The notes under the pieces: model-generated
Told to the model about the DNA's origin: nothing
The model's database searches: none
The model's input: only the letters and a program-made list of their open reading frames with translations
Assembly: GCA_949295325.1 (NCBI GenBank)
Contig: CASFKG010000001.1
Coordinates: 391,928-455,927, forward strand
Direction: 5' to 3'
DNA length: 64,000 nt
Source of the DNA: an uncultured bacterium
GTDB taxonomy: Bacteria > Bacillota_I > Bacilli_A > RFN20 > CAG-826
In this document: piece by piece, positions 51,715 through 60,680 of the stretch
Numbering within the stretch: position 1 is the stretch's first letter
Layout: each line of letters starts with the position of its first letter
Made by a program: the position numbers and the translations under genes

Positions 51715-52570
51715 TTTGGCCCTCCCTATAAAGCCCTTTCCGGTATTGGGAAGGAAAACCGTTTTTGTTTACGGATTCGTCGGCCATGTAGGCAAACAAA
51801 AGAAAGTTCGAAATTCCGGCAAGGGAGTTGAAGAAGGCATAGAGGAAATCCAGAACGAGCACCGCGATTATGCAGATGCCGGAAGGAATGGCGCCCGCGA
51901 ACAAATAGAAAAGGGCAAACGGCCATATGCCCATCAGGGCGGCCAGAAGGGAATAAGGCAGGTATTTGAATAGAAGCCCGGCCGCGGCCTTGAAATATCC
52001 GGGCACCGTATTTTTGTAGATGTCGCGCAGGAATATCATGTATGTAAGGGAAACGAACAAAAGGCCAAGCAAAACAAAATAGACGATCAGCAGGCCGTAA
52101 TGGAGGAACACCGCTTCCCCGGACGATACCAAGGAAATGAGAAAATAGAGTCCGTAGGCAGCCGTTCCGTAAGCCAGGCCCGTTGCCAGATTGGGCTTCC
52201 AGTTGTCCTTTAGTCCTTCGAGAAAATCGTCTTTCAGGATGTAACCCTCGTTGTAGCTGTAGCGGCGATATACCCTCGCCGCACCGGTTGCGGCAAGCGA
52301 ATAGAGGACGGAAAAGGCAATCAAGGACAAATAGGAAAGGCGCCTGAAGGCTACAAGTTCAAGCCATTGTTTTTCGGCATCTTCGGCGTAGGCGATGATG
52401 ATCGAGCCTTCGGCAATCAGTCCGTAAAGGCCGTAGGCCATAACGGGCAGAAGAAAAAGGAAAACGATTAGGGAGAGTTTGAAAAGTACTAGCTTTTGGT
52501 ATTTCAGGGCATTCAAAAGGAGCCCCCTTCTCGTAAGCGGCAGTTCGAGATCGCGGCTAACTATTTTCAC
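51707..52570 (-). CDS. polytopic membrane protein (putative permease partner of the ABC ATPase)
   Basis: 287 aa with about 6 hydrophobic helices. Overlaps both the downstream ATPase start and the upstream GH2 stop. Confidence 0.6.
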   Translation of the reverse strand: MKIVSRDLELPLTRRGLLLNALKYQKLVLFKLSLIVFLFLLPVMAYGLYGLIAEGSIIIAYAEDAEKQWLELVAFRRLSYLSLIAFSVLYSLAATGAARVYRRYSYNEGYILKDDFLEGLKDNWKPNLATGLAYGTAAYGLYFLISLVSSGEAVFLHYGLLIVYFVLLGLLFVSLTYMIFLRDIYKNTVPGYFKAAAGLLFKYLPYSLLAALMGIWPFALFYLFAGAIPSGICIIAVLVLDFLYAFFNSLAGISNFLLFAYMADESVNKNGFPSQYRKGLYREGQNE

Positions 52571-54344
52571 CGGTGATTATCTTAGTCAGTTTTTCCAAGG
52601 GAATCTTGGGTTTTCTATCGGCGTCCAAGATGCCGTTTTGCTCGCTGTAGGTATCGGTCAGCTGGGTCAAGCAATATCCGGCCACGGATTTGTTCGTCCG
52701 CGCGGCGTCGAGTATGCCCTTTAGCCTTTCGGCGAAGGAGTCTTCGTCATTCACGACGCCATAACCCCAGGCTCCTTCCTTCACCGAGTAGCCGATTCCT
52801 CCTATTTCGTCCAGGAAAATCGGTTGGCCTTGGTAATTGTAGCCATTGGCGAAAGTAAGGCGGGTCTGCGAGTATTTCGGAAGTCCTTTGTTTTGCGTGA
52901 TTATGTCGATATCGCTGTAGAAGTCCGCCAATTCCGCCGGGTTTTGCGCGTAATTGTGAAGCGTTATGGCATCGCTCAGAGTATGTTCCCAACCGTCGTT
53001 GGAAATGACGATTCTCGTCTCGTCCAAGGCTTTGGTCGCGTGGTAGAGGGCAAGGCTTAGCTCTTGCTCGTTTTTCCTCGAATCTATGTCCGGCACGCCC
53101 CATGATTCGTTTATAGGCATGTACATCACGATGGACGGGTGGTTGTAGTGGCCCAAAACCGCTTCCGGCCATTCCCTCAATAGCGACCTAACCGTGTTGT
53201 CGCCAAACGAATACGGCGAGGGCATTTCCAGGCTGCAAAATAGACCGACCACGTCGCAGGCGTAGTAGAAGCGGTCGTCTTCGATTTTCTGGTGCATCCT
53301 CACGCCGTTGAAGCCCAGGGATTTGATGAGGGTGACTTCCCTCATTATTTCCCCCATGTCCTTGTAGGTAGGACCGCTATCCGGAAGGAAACCCTGATCC
53401 ATGACCATGCTCAGGAAAACCGGATTCCTATTTAGGAGAAACGCGTTGTTGCGTGTTTCGAAGAAACGGACGCCGAAATAGGTATCGACGGCGTCTGAAC
53501 CATTCCCGGCCTTGAGAATCGCCCTTACCTCGTAGAGTTCCGGGCTCTGGGGCGACCATAGGCCGCGGTTGAAGTCGCTTCCTTCGTCGGTTTTCGTCGA
53601 TACGGAAATGCGGCCCTTGGATTGGCTCGAGGCCGCGGAAAACGTTCCGATCGGCTTGCCTTTGAAACTGACATCGAGGGAAAGCACCATGTTTTGGACC
53701 GGATTTTCGATCTCGTAGTCCGCAACCGCGGTTTCTCCTCCCTTTGACGGGGTAAAACGCAGGGATTTGATCCTGGTATGGGGAACTTCCTCGATGAAAA
53801 CGCTTTGGTAAATGCCGCTAAAAGGCGTATACCAGCATCCCCAAGGCTTCTCACGCCATGACTGCTTCCCGCGCGGTCGGTCGTTGGCGTTGTCGTCTTC
53901 GACCCTCACGGCAATCAGGTTTTCGCCGTTTTTCACGCTGCCGGTTATGTCGATTTGGAAGGAACTGAAACCGCCTTCGTGGGTGCCGCAAAGCATACCG
54001 TTGACGTAAATCTCGGCCTTGTAGTCGACAGCCATGAAGTTCAGGAGCAGATCATTGCCTTTAGCCGGCCTATGCAGCTCCCTTTTTAGGAAATACCAAA
54101 CGACGGGATGGTAGCCTTCTTCCCCTATCCCAGAACTTTTGGTCTGGTAGGCAAAAGGCACGGTGATACTGCGAATTTCGTTAGGTATTCTCTTATAAAA
54201 ACCCTTAGCTTTCCCCAAATTGCCGTCATCGTATAGGAAACCCCATTCGCCGTTAAGCAGTGTGTAGTTTTCTCTTACGAAGTTAGGACGTGGGTAGGCT
54301 TCCCGGAAGCCTCTTACATGGCGGATATGTTCCATAATTAACAT
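52557..54344 (-). CDS. glycoside hydrolase family 2 (beta-galactosidase/beta-glucuronidase-like)
   Basis: 595 aa with GH2 domain order (sugar-binding jelly roll, Ig-like, TIM barrel) and a ...FNGVRMHQKIED... segment resembling the GH2 catalytic region. Confidence 0.8.
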   Translation of the reverse strand: MLIMEHIRHVRGFREAYPRPNFVRENYTLLNGEWGFLYDDGNLGKAKGFYKRIPNEIRSITVPFAYQTKSSGIGEEGYHPVVWYFLKRELHRPAKGNDLLLNFMAVDYKAEIYVNGMLCGTHEGGFSSFQIDITGSVKNGENLIAVRVEDDNANDRPRGKQSWREKPWGCWYTPFSGIYQSVFIEEVPHTRIKSLRFTPSKGGETAVADYEIENPVQNMVLSLDVSFKGKPIGTFSAASSQSKGRISVSTKTDEGSDFNRGLWSPQSPELYEVRAILKAGNGSDAVDTYFGVRFFETRNNAFLLNRNPVFLSMVMDQGFLPDSGPTYKDMGEIMREVTLIKSLGFNGVRMHQKIEDDRFYYACDVVGLFCSLEMPSPYSFGDNTVRSLLREWPEAVLGHYNHPSIVMYMPINESWGVPDIDSRKNEQELSLALYHATKALDETRIVISNDGWEHTLSDAITLHNYAQNPAELADFYSDIDIITQNKGLPKYSQTRLTFANGYNYQGQPIFLDEIGGIGYSVKEGAWGYGVVNDEDSFAERLKGILDAARTNKSVAGYCLTQLTDTYSEQNGILDADRKPKIPLEKLTKIITGENS

Positions 54345-54373
54345 TATTCTAGACGGACTAAGCGATAGCCATC

Positions 54374-55282
54374 ATGTTCGGCGCGTGGCATTATATGCAA
54401 GTTGACACCATGGGAGTTAAGGCTAAGTTCAACGACGATTTCCTCAAAGGGAGTCTGACCTTATACAACTACAATCCGAGCGTTTCCCGTTCCTTTTTGA
54501 TTTACCCGCAGCTGGTCGGCCACCAGATCGTGGGTCCCGCTTACTACAACGAAGTGGAATTCGGGAACACCTACATGCTCAATTTCACCGTCTCCGGTTC
54601 CGGCGAATTCCGCAGTCCGGGCTTGACCCAAACCGTCGGGCCAGGCGACTTGATATTCATTCATAACTACCTCCATCATTCTCTGAAGCCAAGCAAGGGC
54701 AAGCCGTGGGAGTTCTACTGCATCCATATTTTCGATAACGACATTGTCAGCCGTTTTTACCGTTCGGTCTTGGCCAAGCAGGGATTTTTGATCCGCGGGT
54801 TTCCCAAGCAGAAGGTCGTGCCGGCCATTCTCTCGATTCTAGACAAGCTCGAGGAACAGACGGAGCACGACGACTTCGCCATTTCCAAGGTCCTATACAA
54901 CATGCTTGCCGATATTACCGAGGAAGCCGAATCGCGGGCCTTCAAATCATTCAATCCCGCGGTTGACGACGTCGTGGCCTTCATCAAGGACAATTTCGAC
55001 AAGCCGTTGCCCCTTAAGGCCATATTGGCCAAGACGACATATAGCAAAAACCATCTCGAGCGCCTGTTCAAAGCCCAGATGAACATGACCATCCAGGAAT
55101 ACATTTTTTACCTGAGACTGCTGAGGAGCCAGGAACTTCTGGTTTCGACCGATATGCCGTTAAAGGAAATCGCGGACAAGGTGGGATTAAGCGAGTACCG
55201 TTCCCTTTATCACATGTTCAAGAAAGCAACCGGCTTCTCACCAGACGAATATAGGAGGGTGGCCGGGTCCAAAAAAGCATGA
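54374..55282 (+). CDS. AraC-family transcriptional regulator (cupin sensor plus HTH)
   Basis: N-terminal cupin-like domain and C-terminal tandem HTH (...YSKNHLERLFKAQMNMTIQEYIFYLRL...). Divergent from the GH2 gene. The start could be a downstream Met. Confidence 0.85.
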   Translation: MFGAWHYMQVDTMGVKAKFNDDFLKGSLTLYNYNPSVSRSFLIYPQLVGHQIVGPAYYNEVEFGNTYMLNFTVSGSGEFRSPGLTQTVGPGDLIFIHNYLHHSLKPSKGKPWEFYCIHIFDNDIVSRFYRSVLAKQGFLIRGFPKQKVVPAILSILDKLEEQTEHDDFAISKVLYNMLADITEEAESRAFKSFNPAVDDVVAFIKDNFDKPLPLKAILAKTTYSKNHLERLFKAQMNMTIQEYIFYLRLLRSQELLVSTDMPLKEIADKVGLSEYRSLYHMFKKATGFSPDEYRRVAGSKKA

Positions 55283-55320
55283 GGGCAATAACGCGCGCCC
55301 ATATGTGCTAAACTACGGCC

Positions 55321-55608
55321 GTGCGGATCGACAAGTTCCTGAAGGTAAGCCGGCTTACCAAGCGCCGGGAAACGGCGAGGGCGTTATGCGATGCCGGTCT
55401 GGTAAGCATGAACGGCAAGGTCGCCAAACCTAGCAGCGAAGTCGATGCCGGGTCCCTCTTGGTATTGAGAATGGGCCGGAGGGTCGTTACCGCGAAAGTA
55501 CTCTCCGTTAGGCCCTACGCCAACAAGGACGAAGCGCAGAAGATGTACCAGATAGAAAGCGATGAACCGCTGAAGGAGGACGCTACTGATGGAATACAAG
55601 ATAATTAA
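55321..55608 (+). CDS. S4-domain RNA-binding protein (YabO/Hsp15-like)
   Basis: 95 aa with an S4 fold pattern (MRIDKFLKVSRLTKRRETARAL...). Overlaps tilS start as in Bacillus yabO. Confidence 0.8.
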   Translation: MRIDKFLKVSRLTKRRETARALCDAGLVSMNGKVAKPSSEVDAGSLLVLRMGRRVVTAKVLSVRPYANKDEAQKMYQIESDEPLKEDATDGIQDN

Positions 55609-56842
55609 GGGACGCAATTATTTGCTGGCCTGTTCTTTTTCCGCCGAATCGATGGCATTGCTCGACTGGCTACTGGGCCGCGGCTGCTGCCCGATCGTTC
55701 TGTTCGTCGACTATCAGCAGGCGCCTTCCGCCGACAGCGATTTGGACCGCATGAAGAAGTACTGTGCGGAAAAGGGCCTGGTCATAGAGATCTGCAAAGC
55801 CCTCGATATTCCCGCAAAAGAGGGGGAAAGCTATCAAGAATGGGCAAGAAGGGTACGTTACGACTTCTTCAAGGAGATGTACGTTAAGTACGATGCGGCG
55901 GCTTTGTTCGTCGCCCATATCCAGGACGACGTTTTGGAAACTTATATGCTGCAGAAGCAGTCCGGCGACAAGGTCGAGCACTACGGCCTTAACGAGGTCA
56001 ACACCTATCACGACATGATAGTGGTCAGGCCCCTGCTACCCTATTCCTACGACGACGTCATGGAATACATACAGGAACATTCCGTCCCCTATAGCGAGGC
56101 CATGACCCGTTTCGAGCTCGAGCACACCCATAGCGACCTGCGTCGGAACGTGATCGACAAGATGGACCAGGTCGAACGCGGCCGCATGGCCGACGAAATA
56201 AGGGCCGCCAACAACGAGCGGCTCTCTTATTTCGAGCATTTGGAGAAGGAATCCGAGGAATCCAACGAACTAAACATCCGCGAAATCATCGCCTTGGAGG
56301 AAGACGAATTCGCCCAGACCTTGATTGCCTTCGTGTCGCGGGCCGGGGACGATGTCACACTCACTCCGAAGAAAATAGCCGCCATAAGGGCTATGTGCCT
56401 GAACGGCAAGCTGTTCGACTACATGAAGATCATCGGCGATGTTTTCCTCATCAAGGAATACGACATATTGGCTTTGGGTACCAATCCCAAGGCCCTGCCC
56501 TACAGCTATACCCTGGAAAAGCCCGGCAAGCTCGAAACCGACGAATTCACTTTGGATTTCTCGATGGGAGCCGAGGACAGGGGCATTAAGGAAAGCGACT
56601 ATCCGCTTACCATCCGCACGGTCCTTCCGGCCGACCAATACGTTTCCGGCGACTACCTGCTATTCGTCAGGAGCCTTTTCCACGACTGGAAAATGCCCCC
56701 CGAATTCATCGCTAGATGGCCGGTCTTCGTAAACAAAAACGGAAAGATTGTCTACGTGCCGACATTCCGCCACGACTTCGTCGAGTACCACACTTCGGTG
56801 CTCAAACTCCACCTCGAAAACTTCGGCAAAAATAATAATTGA
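55589..56842 (+). CDS. tilS: tRNA(Ile)-lysidine synthetase homolog with non-canonical PP-loop
   Basis: TilS-like architecture and conserved RxxRYxFF and AHxxDDxxET motifs, but SGGxDS is replaced by SFSAES (nt 55634-55651). 417 aa. Confidence 0.75.
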   Translation: MEYKIIKGRNYLLACSFSAESMALLDWLLGRGCCPIVLFVDYQQAPSADSDLDRMKKYCAEKGLVIEICKALDIPAKEGESYQEWARRVRYDFFKEMYVKYDAAALFVAHIQDDVLETYMLQKQSGDKVEHYGLNEVNTYHDMIVVRPLLPYSYDDVMEYIQEHSVPYSEAMTRFELEHTHSDLRRNVIDKMDQVERGRMADEIRAANNERLSYFEHLEKESEESNELNIREIIALEEDEFAQTLIAFVSRAGDDVTLTPKKIAAIRAMCLNGKLFDYMKIIGDVFLIKEYDILALGTNPKALPYSYTLEKPGKLETDEFTLDFSMGAEDRGIKESDYPLTIRTVLPADQYVSGDYLLFVRSLFHDWKMPPEFIARWPVFVNKNGKIVYVPTFRHDFVEYHTSVLKLHLENFGKNNN

Positions 56843-56923
56843 AGTTATTCACGCCGTGATATACATTTGCGTTCGCCCTTCCTTTAAGGAAGGCACACGA
56901 GCCTTAGAAAGAGAAGAAGAACA

Positions 56924-59116
56924 ATGAACAACTCGCCAAAAAGAAGCACATTCGGTTATATTCTCCCCTATCTCCTGATAGGAGTTGTCGTGATACTGGT
57001 TATTTGGTGGATGGTCGCTGCCTTCGCCGGCGGTGGCGTCGGAATTGCCCTCGATGCGCTTGATTCCACTTTCTTCGCAACGGGAAGCAATACCCCCCAT
57101 ACAGGCCTGCACTACGTCTATCAGGTGAATGCCACGATCGGCGGCGAAATAGTGAACGTTTCCGGCTACTATGCCGATCCGCAGAATGCCAACGACCCGG
57201 AAAACTCGAGTTTCCTTTCCACTTCCTTTACCGTAGACATCCCCACCAACAGGTGGAACGAAGAATGGGCGGTCGGTACGGTTGATAGCGAAAACCCGGA
57301 AAACTACGACCATAACCTTTATTACGCCGATAGCGGGGTTTTGTTCCACTATAGCTACGCGACCCTATTCGAAAACAAAATCACGGAATGGAAGAACAGC
57401 GTTCCGAAACTTTCCAGTTCCGCGCTTTTCACCGTAAATAGCGCCTACGAAACCACCTGGTGGGAAGCCTGGGGCCCAACGATCCTTTGGATAATCATCA
57501 TGGGCGTGATGCTGTTCTTCCTTTTCCGCGCTTTCTCCAGCGTGGGAGGTTCCAACCGCCAGGCCATGGACTTCAACAAGTCCCCGGCAAGGCGCGAGGA
57601 TTCCAGCAAAGTCCGCTTCGACGACGTCGCTGGCTGCGACGAGGAAAAGGCCGAGATGGTCGAGCTCGTCGAATATCTCAAGGATCCCCAGAAATTCTCG
57701 AAATTCGGCGCCAGATTGCCCAAGGGCGTTCTTTTAATCGGCCCTCCGGGAACCGGCAAGACCCTTCTTGCCAAGGCGGTTGCCGGAGAAGCCGGCGTCC
57801 CCTTCTATTCCATTTCAGGCAGCGACTTCGTCGAAATGTTCGTCGGCGTCGGTGCCGGGCGTGTCCGCGACTTGTTCCGCAAGGCCAAGCAGACTGCCCC
57901 CTGCCTTATATTCATCGACGAAATCGATGCGGTAGGCCGCCAGCGCGGCGCCGGCCTAGGCGGGGGCAACGACGAACGCGAGCAGACCCTCAACCAGCTG
58001 CTCGTCGAAATGGACGGATTCGAGTCCAACAAAGGCATCCTCGTCATTGCGGCAACCAACCGCGAGGACGTTCTCGACCCGGCCCTCATGAGGGCAGGAC
58101 GTTTCGACCGCACCATAACGGTCAATCTGCCGGATAGGAAGGGCCGCGAAGCCATCTTCCGCGTCCATGCGCGCAACAAGAAGATCGATCCGAGCGTCGA
58201 CTTCGCCGCGCTTGCCAAGCGTACCGTCGGCTTCTCGGGCGCCGATATCGAAAACATCCTGAACGAAGCCGCGATTCTTGCGGTAAGGGAAAACGAAAAC
58301 GCGATCACCATCAAGGACATAGACGAAGCCATCGACCGCCGCATCGCCGGTCCCGCCAAACCCGGAACCCGCATGATGGCGGAGGAAAGGCGCCAAGTGG
58401 CCTACCACGAAGCCGGACACGCGGTCATCGGACTTACCCTTCCCTATAGCGACAAGGTCCAAAAGATCACCATCATCCCCAGGGGCCGCACCGGAGGCCA
58501 CGTCCTGATGACGCCCGATACCGACAGGTTCCTGCTCACCAAGCGGCAGCTTCTCGCCCGCATTACCGGGTATCTCGGCGGCCGCAGTTCCGAAGAAGTG
58601 TTCTTCGACGACATTTCGACCGGGGCCCAGAACGACATCGAGGAAGCCACCAGGATCGCACGTCTAATGGTTACCGAATACGGCATGTCGGCCCTCGGCC
58701 CGGTCCAATACGAGAAGGACTCCTCCAGCGTCTTCCTCGGCCGCGACTACAATTCGGTCCAGAAGAACTTCTCGACCCAGGTAGCCTATGAAATCGATAC
58801 TGCTGTTCGGCAGATAATCGATACCGCCCATAACGATGCCAAGAGGATCATCCTCGAGCACAAGGAACAGGTTAAGCTCATTGCCGAGACTCTTCTAGAA
58901 AAGGAAACCATCACGAGCGAAGAGATAGAGTCCTTGATCAAGGAGGGAAAGCTGCCGAGCACCGAGACCGGTGTCGTCCACCAAAAGGACGAACCTTCCG
59001 CCGCCGAGGCCAAAGCTGCCGAAGCCAAGGAGGAAACCCCGAAGCCGAAGGGAAGGCCCCGCAAGAAGGCAGAACCCAAGCAGAAGGAAGAAGAAACCAA
59101 GAAGGACGGGGAATAA
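56924..59116 (+). CDS. ftsH: ATP-dependent zinc metalloprotease FtsH
   Basis: AAA+ [13 protein letters not shown], zinc site HEAGHA, two TM helices flanking a roughly 150-aa ectodomain, Lys/Glu-rich C-terminal tail. Confidence 0.95.
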   Translation: MNNSPKRSTFGYILPYLLIGVVVILVIWWMVAAFAGGGVGIALDALDSTFFATGSNTPHTGLHYVYQVNATIGGEIVNVSGYYADPQNANDPENSSFLSTSFTVDIPTNRWNEEWAVGTVDSENPENYDHNLYYADSGVLFHYSYATLFENKITEWKNSVPKLSSSALFTVNSAYETTWWEAWGPTILWIIIMGVMLFFLFRAFSSVGGSNRQAMDFNKSPARREDSSKVRFDDVAGCDEEKAEMVELVEYLKDPQKFSKFGARLPKGVLLIGPPGTGKTLLAKAVAGEAGVPFYSISGSDFVEMFVGVGAGRVRDLFRKAKQTAPCLIFIDEIDAVGRQRGAGLGGGNDEREQTLNQLLVEMDGFESNKGILVIAATNREDVLDPALMRAGRFDRTITVNLPDRKGREAIFRVHARNKKIDPSVDFAALAKRTVGFSGADIENILNEAAILAVRENENAITIKDIDEAIDRRIAGPAKPGTRMMAEERRQVAYHEAGHAVIGLTLPYSDKVQKITIIPRGRTGGHVLMTPDTDRFLLTKRQLLARITGYLGGRSSEEVFFDDISTGAQNDIEEATRIARLMVTEYGMSALGPVQYEKDSSSVFLGRDYNSVQKNFSTQVAYEIDTAVRQIIDTAHNDAKRIILEHKEQVKLIAETLLEKETITSEEIESLIKEGKLPSTETGVVHQKDEPSAAEAKAAEAKEETPKPKGRPRKKAEPKQKEEETKKDGE

Positions 59117-59145
59117 TCCCCGTCTTTTTTGCTATACTTCCGCGG

Positions 59146-60117
59146 ATGGATATCGGCGGAATAAATATCCCCTCACCCGTGGTGCTGGGACCGATGGCCG
59201 GAATAACGACCTTGGCCTACCGCGAATTTTGCCGTCCTTTTGGAGTGGGACTGTCCGTCAGCGAAATGATAAGCGACTGCGGACTGGCCTACGGAAACGC
59301 GAGGACATTCGACTATTTGAAAACTTCGAAGGAGGATAGGCCGGTTGCCCTGCAGCTATTCGGAAGCGACATCTCGATCACGAAGAAGGCCATCGTGCTC
59401 ATGGAAGAGAGAGCCGATTACGACATACTCGACCTCAATTTCGGCTGTCCGGTTCACAAGGTCACCAAAACCGGGGCCGGTTCTTCTTGGCTGTCCCGGC
59501 CCGGCGAACTCTACGATTACGTACGAGGGATAGTGGCGGTTTCCCATAAACCCGTGACGGCGAAGATAAGATTGGGGACGGATAGCGGCCATATAAACGT
59601 CGACGAAATTTCCTCCCTGCTCGAAAAAGCCGGCGTGAGCGCCGTCTGCGTACATGCCCGCACGAAGGCCGCGATGTACTCTGGCAAAGCCGATTACGAG
59701 GCCATAAGGGGCCTAGGGAAAAGGCTGTCGGTACCACTGATCGTTTCCGGCGACATATTCGAGGCCGGGGATGTGCAAATGGCCATGGACATTGCGGCCG
59801 CCTCTTTCGTCATGGTGGCCAGGGGCGGGGTCGGCCGGCCCACGCTCATCCGGGACATCAATTGCCTATTGAACGGCGAGGCGATTCCGCCCTCCCCTAC
59901 GATTTTTGAGCAGTGCGGCTATGCCATCGAGTTCGCCAACAGGCTTCATGGACTTCACGGCCCTAGGGCCAGTGCCCTCGAACTAAGGGGAATACTCCCC
60001 CATTTCTTCAAGGGATTCCCAGGCTACAAGAGGATAAGAAACGACATAGCCACCAACACGAGTAGCTTCGAAGACATACTCGCGTTGCTTGAGGGAATCA
60101 AGGCGAGATACGCCTGA
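59146..60117 (+). CDS. dus: tRNA-dihydrouridine synthase
   Basis: FMN TIM-barrel motif ...LNFGCPVHKVTKTGAGSSWL.... 323 aa. Confidence 0.9.
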   Translation: MDIGGINIPSPVVLGPMAGITTLAYREFCRPFGVGLSVSEMISDCGLAYGNARTFDYLKTSKEDRPVALQLFGSDISITKKAIVLMEERADYDILDLNFGCPVHKVTKTGAGSSWLSRPGELYDYVRGIVAVSHKPVTAKIRLGTDSGHINVDEISSLLEKAGVSAVCVHARTKAAMYSGKADYEAIRGLGKRLSVPLIVSGDIFEAGDVQMAMDIAAASFVMVARGGVGRPTLIRDINCLLNGEAIPPSPTIFEQCGYAIEFANRLHGLHGPRASALELRGILPHFFKGFPGYKRIRNDIATNTSSFEDILALLEGIKARYA

Positions 60118-60158
60118 AAAGAGCCCCGGTTCACTAAAGTGAAAGCGTTTTCAGAGTC

Positions 60159-60186
60159 TTGACGAAAAAGATGTTTTCTTTACAAT
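60159..60186 (+). promoter_or_regulatory. sigma-A-type promoter of the marR-ABC exporter operon
   Basis: -35 TTGACG (60159-60164), 16-nt spacer, -10 TACAAT (60181-60186). Palindrome TTCACTaaAGTGAA lies just upstream at 60130-60143. Confidence 0.45.
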
Positions 60187-60215
60187 GTTTGCGCCCGAAC
60201 TGAATAAGGAGACAC

Positions 60216-60680
60216 ATGGAAAACCAAATGCCGAAAGATTCGATCTTGGCCTTCTACGTCGCCAAGACCCATTACGGCGTCAAATCATACCTTGACGCCC
60301 AGCTCAAGAAATCCGGGTCCGACCTGACTCCCCCGGAAAGTTACCTTCTTCGTTTCATTTACGAAAACGACAAGGAAGGAGGAGTCCCTTTCTCGTTTCT
60401 GCAGCAGAAGGCCAAGGCTTCCAAAGGTACCATTTCCGAATGCCTTTCTTCGCTGGGAAGAAAGAAGATGATCGAATGCTTCATCGATCCGAAAGACCGC
60501 CGCAAGAAGAGCTTCGGGATGCTTCCCAAAGGCATCGCGGCCATCGAAGACAACCACAACTGCATCGTTAAGGCCCAACAGGTACTTACCCGCGGAATCG
60601 ATCCGCAGGATTTGGAAACTTACGTCCGCGTAAGCGAGCAACTCAGGAACAATGCATTGAACGGCGAACAGGAATTATGA
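60216..60680 (+). CDS. MarR-family transcriptional regulator
   Basis: 154 aa with a winged-helix region, 4-nt overlap with the downstream ABC exporter gene. Confidence 0.8.
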   Translation: MENQMPKDSILAFYVAKTHYGVKSYLDAQLKKSGSDLTPPESYLLRFIYENDKEGGVPFSFLQQKAKASKGTISECLSSLGRKKMIECFIDPKDRRKKSFGMLPKGIAAIEDNHNCIVKAQQVLTRGIDPQDLETYVRVSEQLRNNALNGEQEL

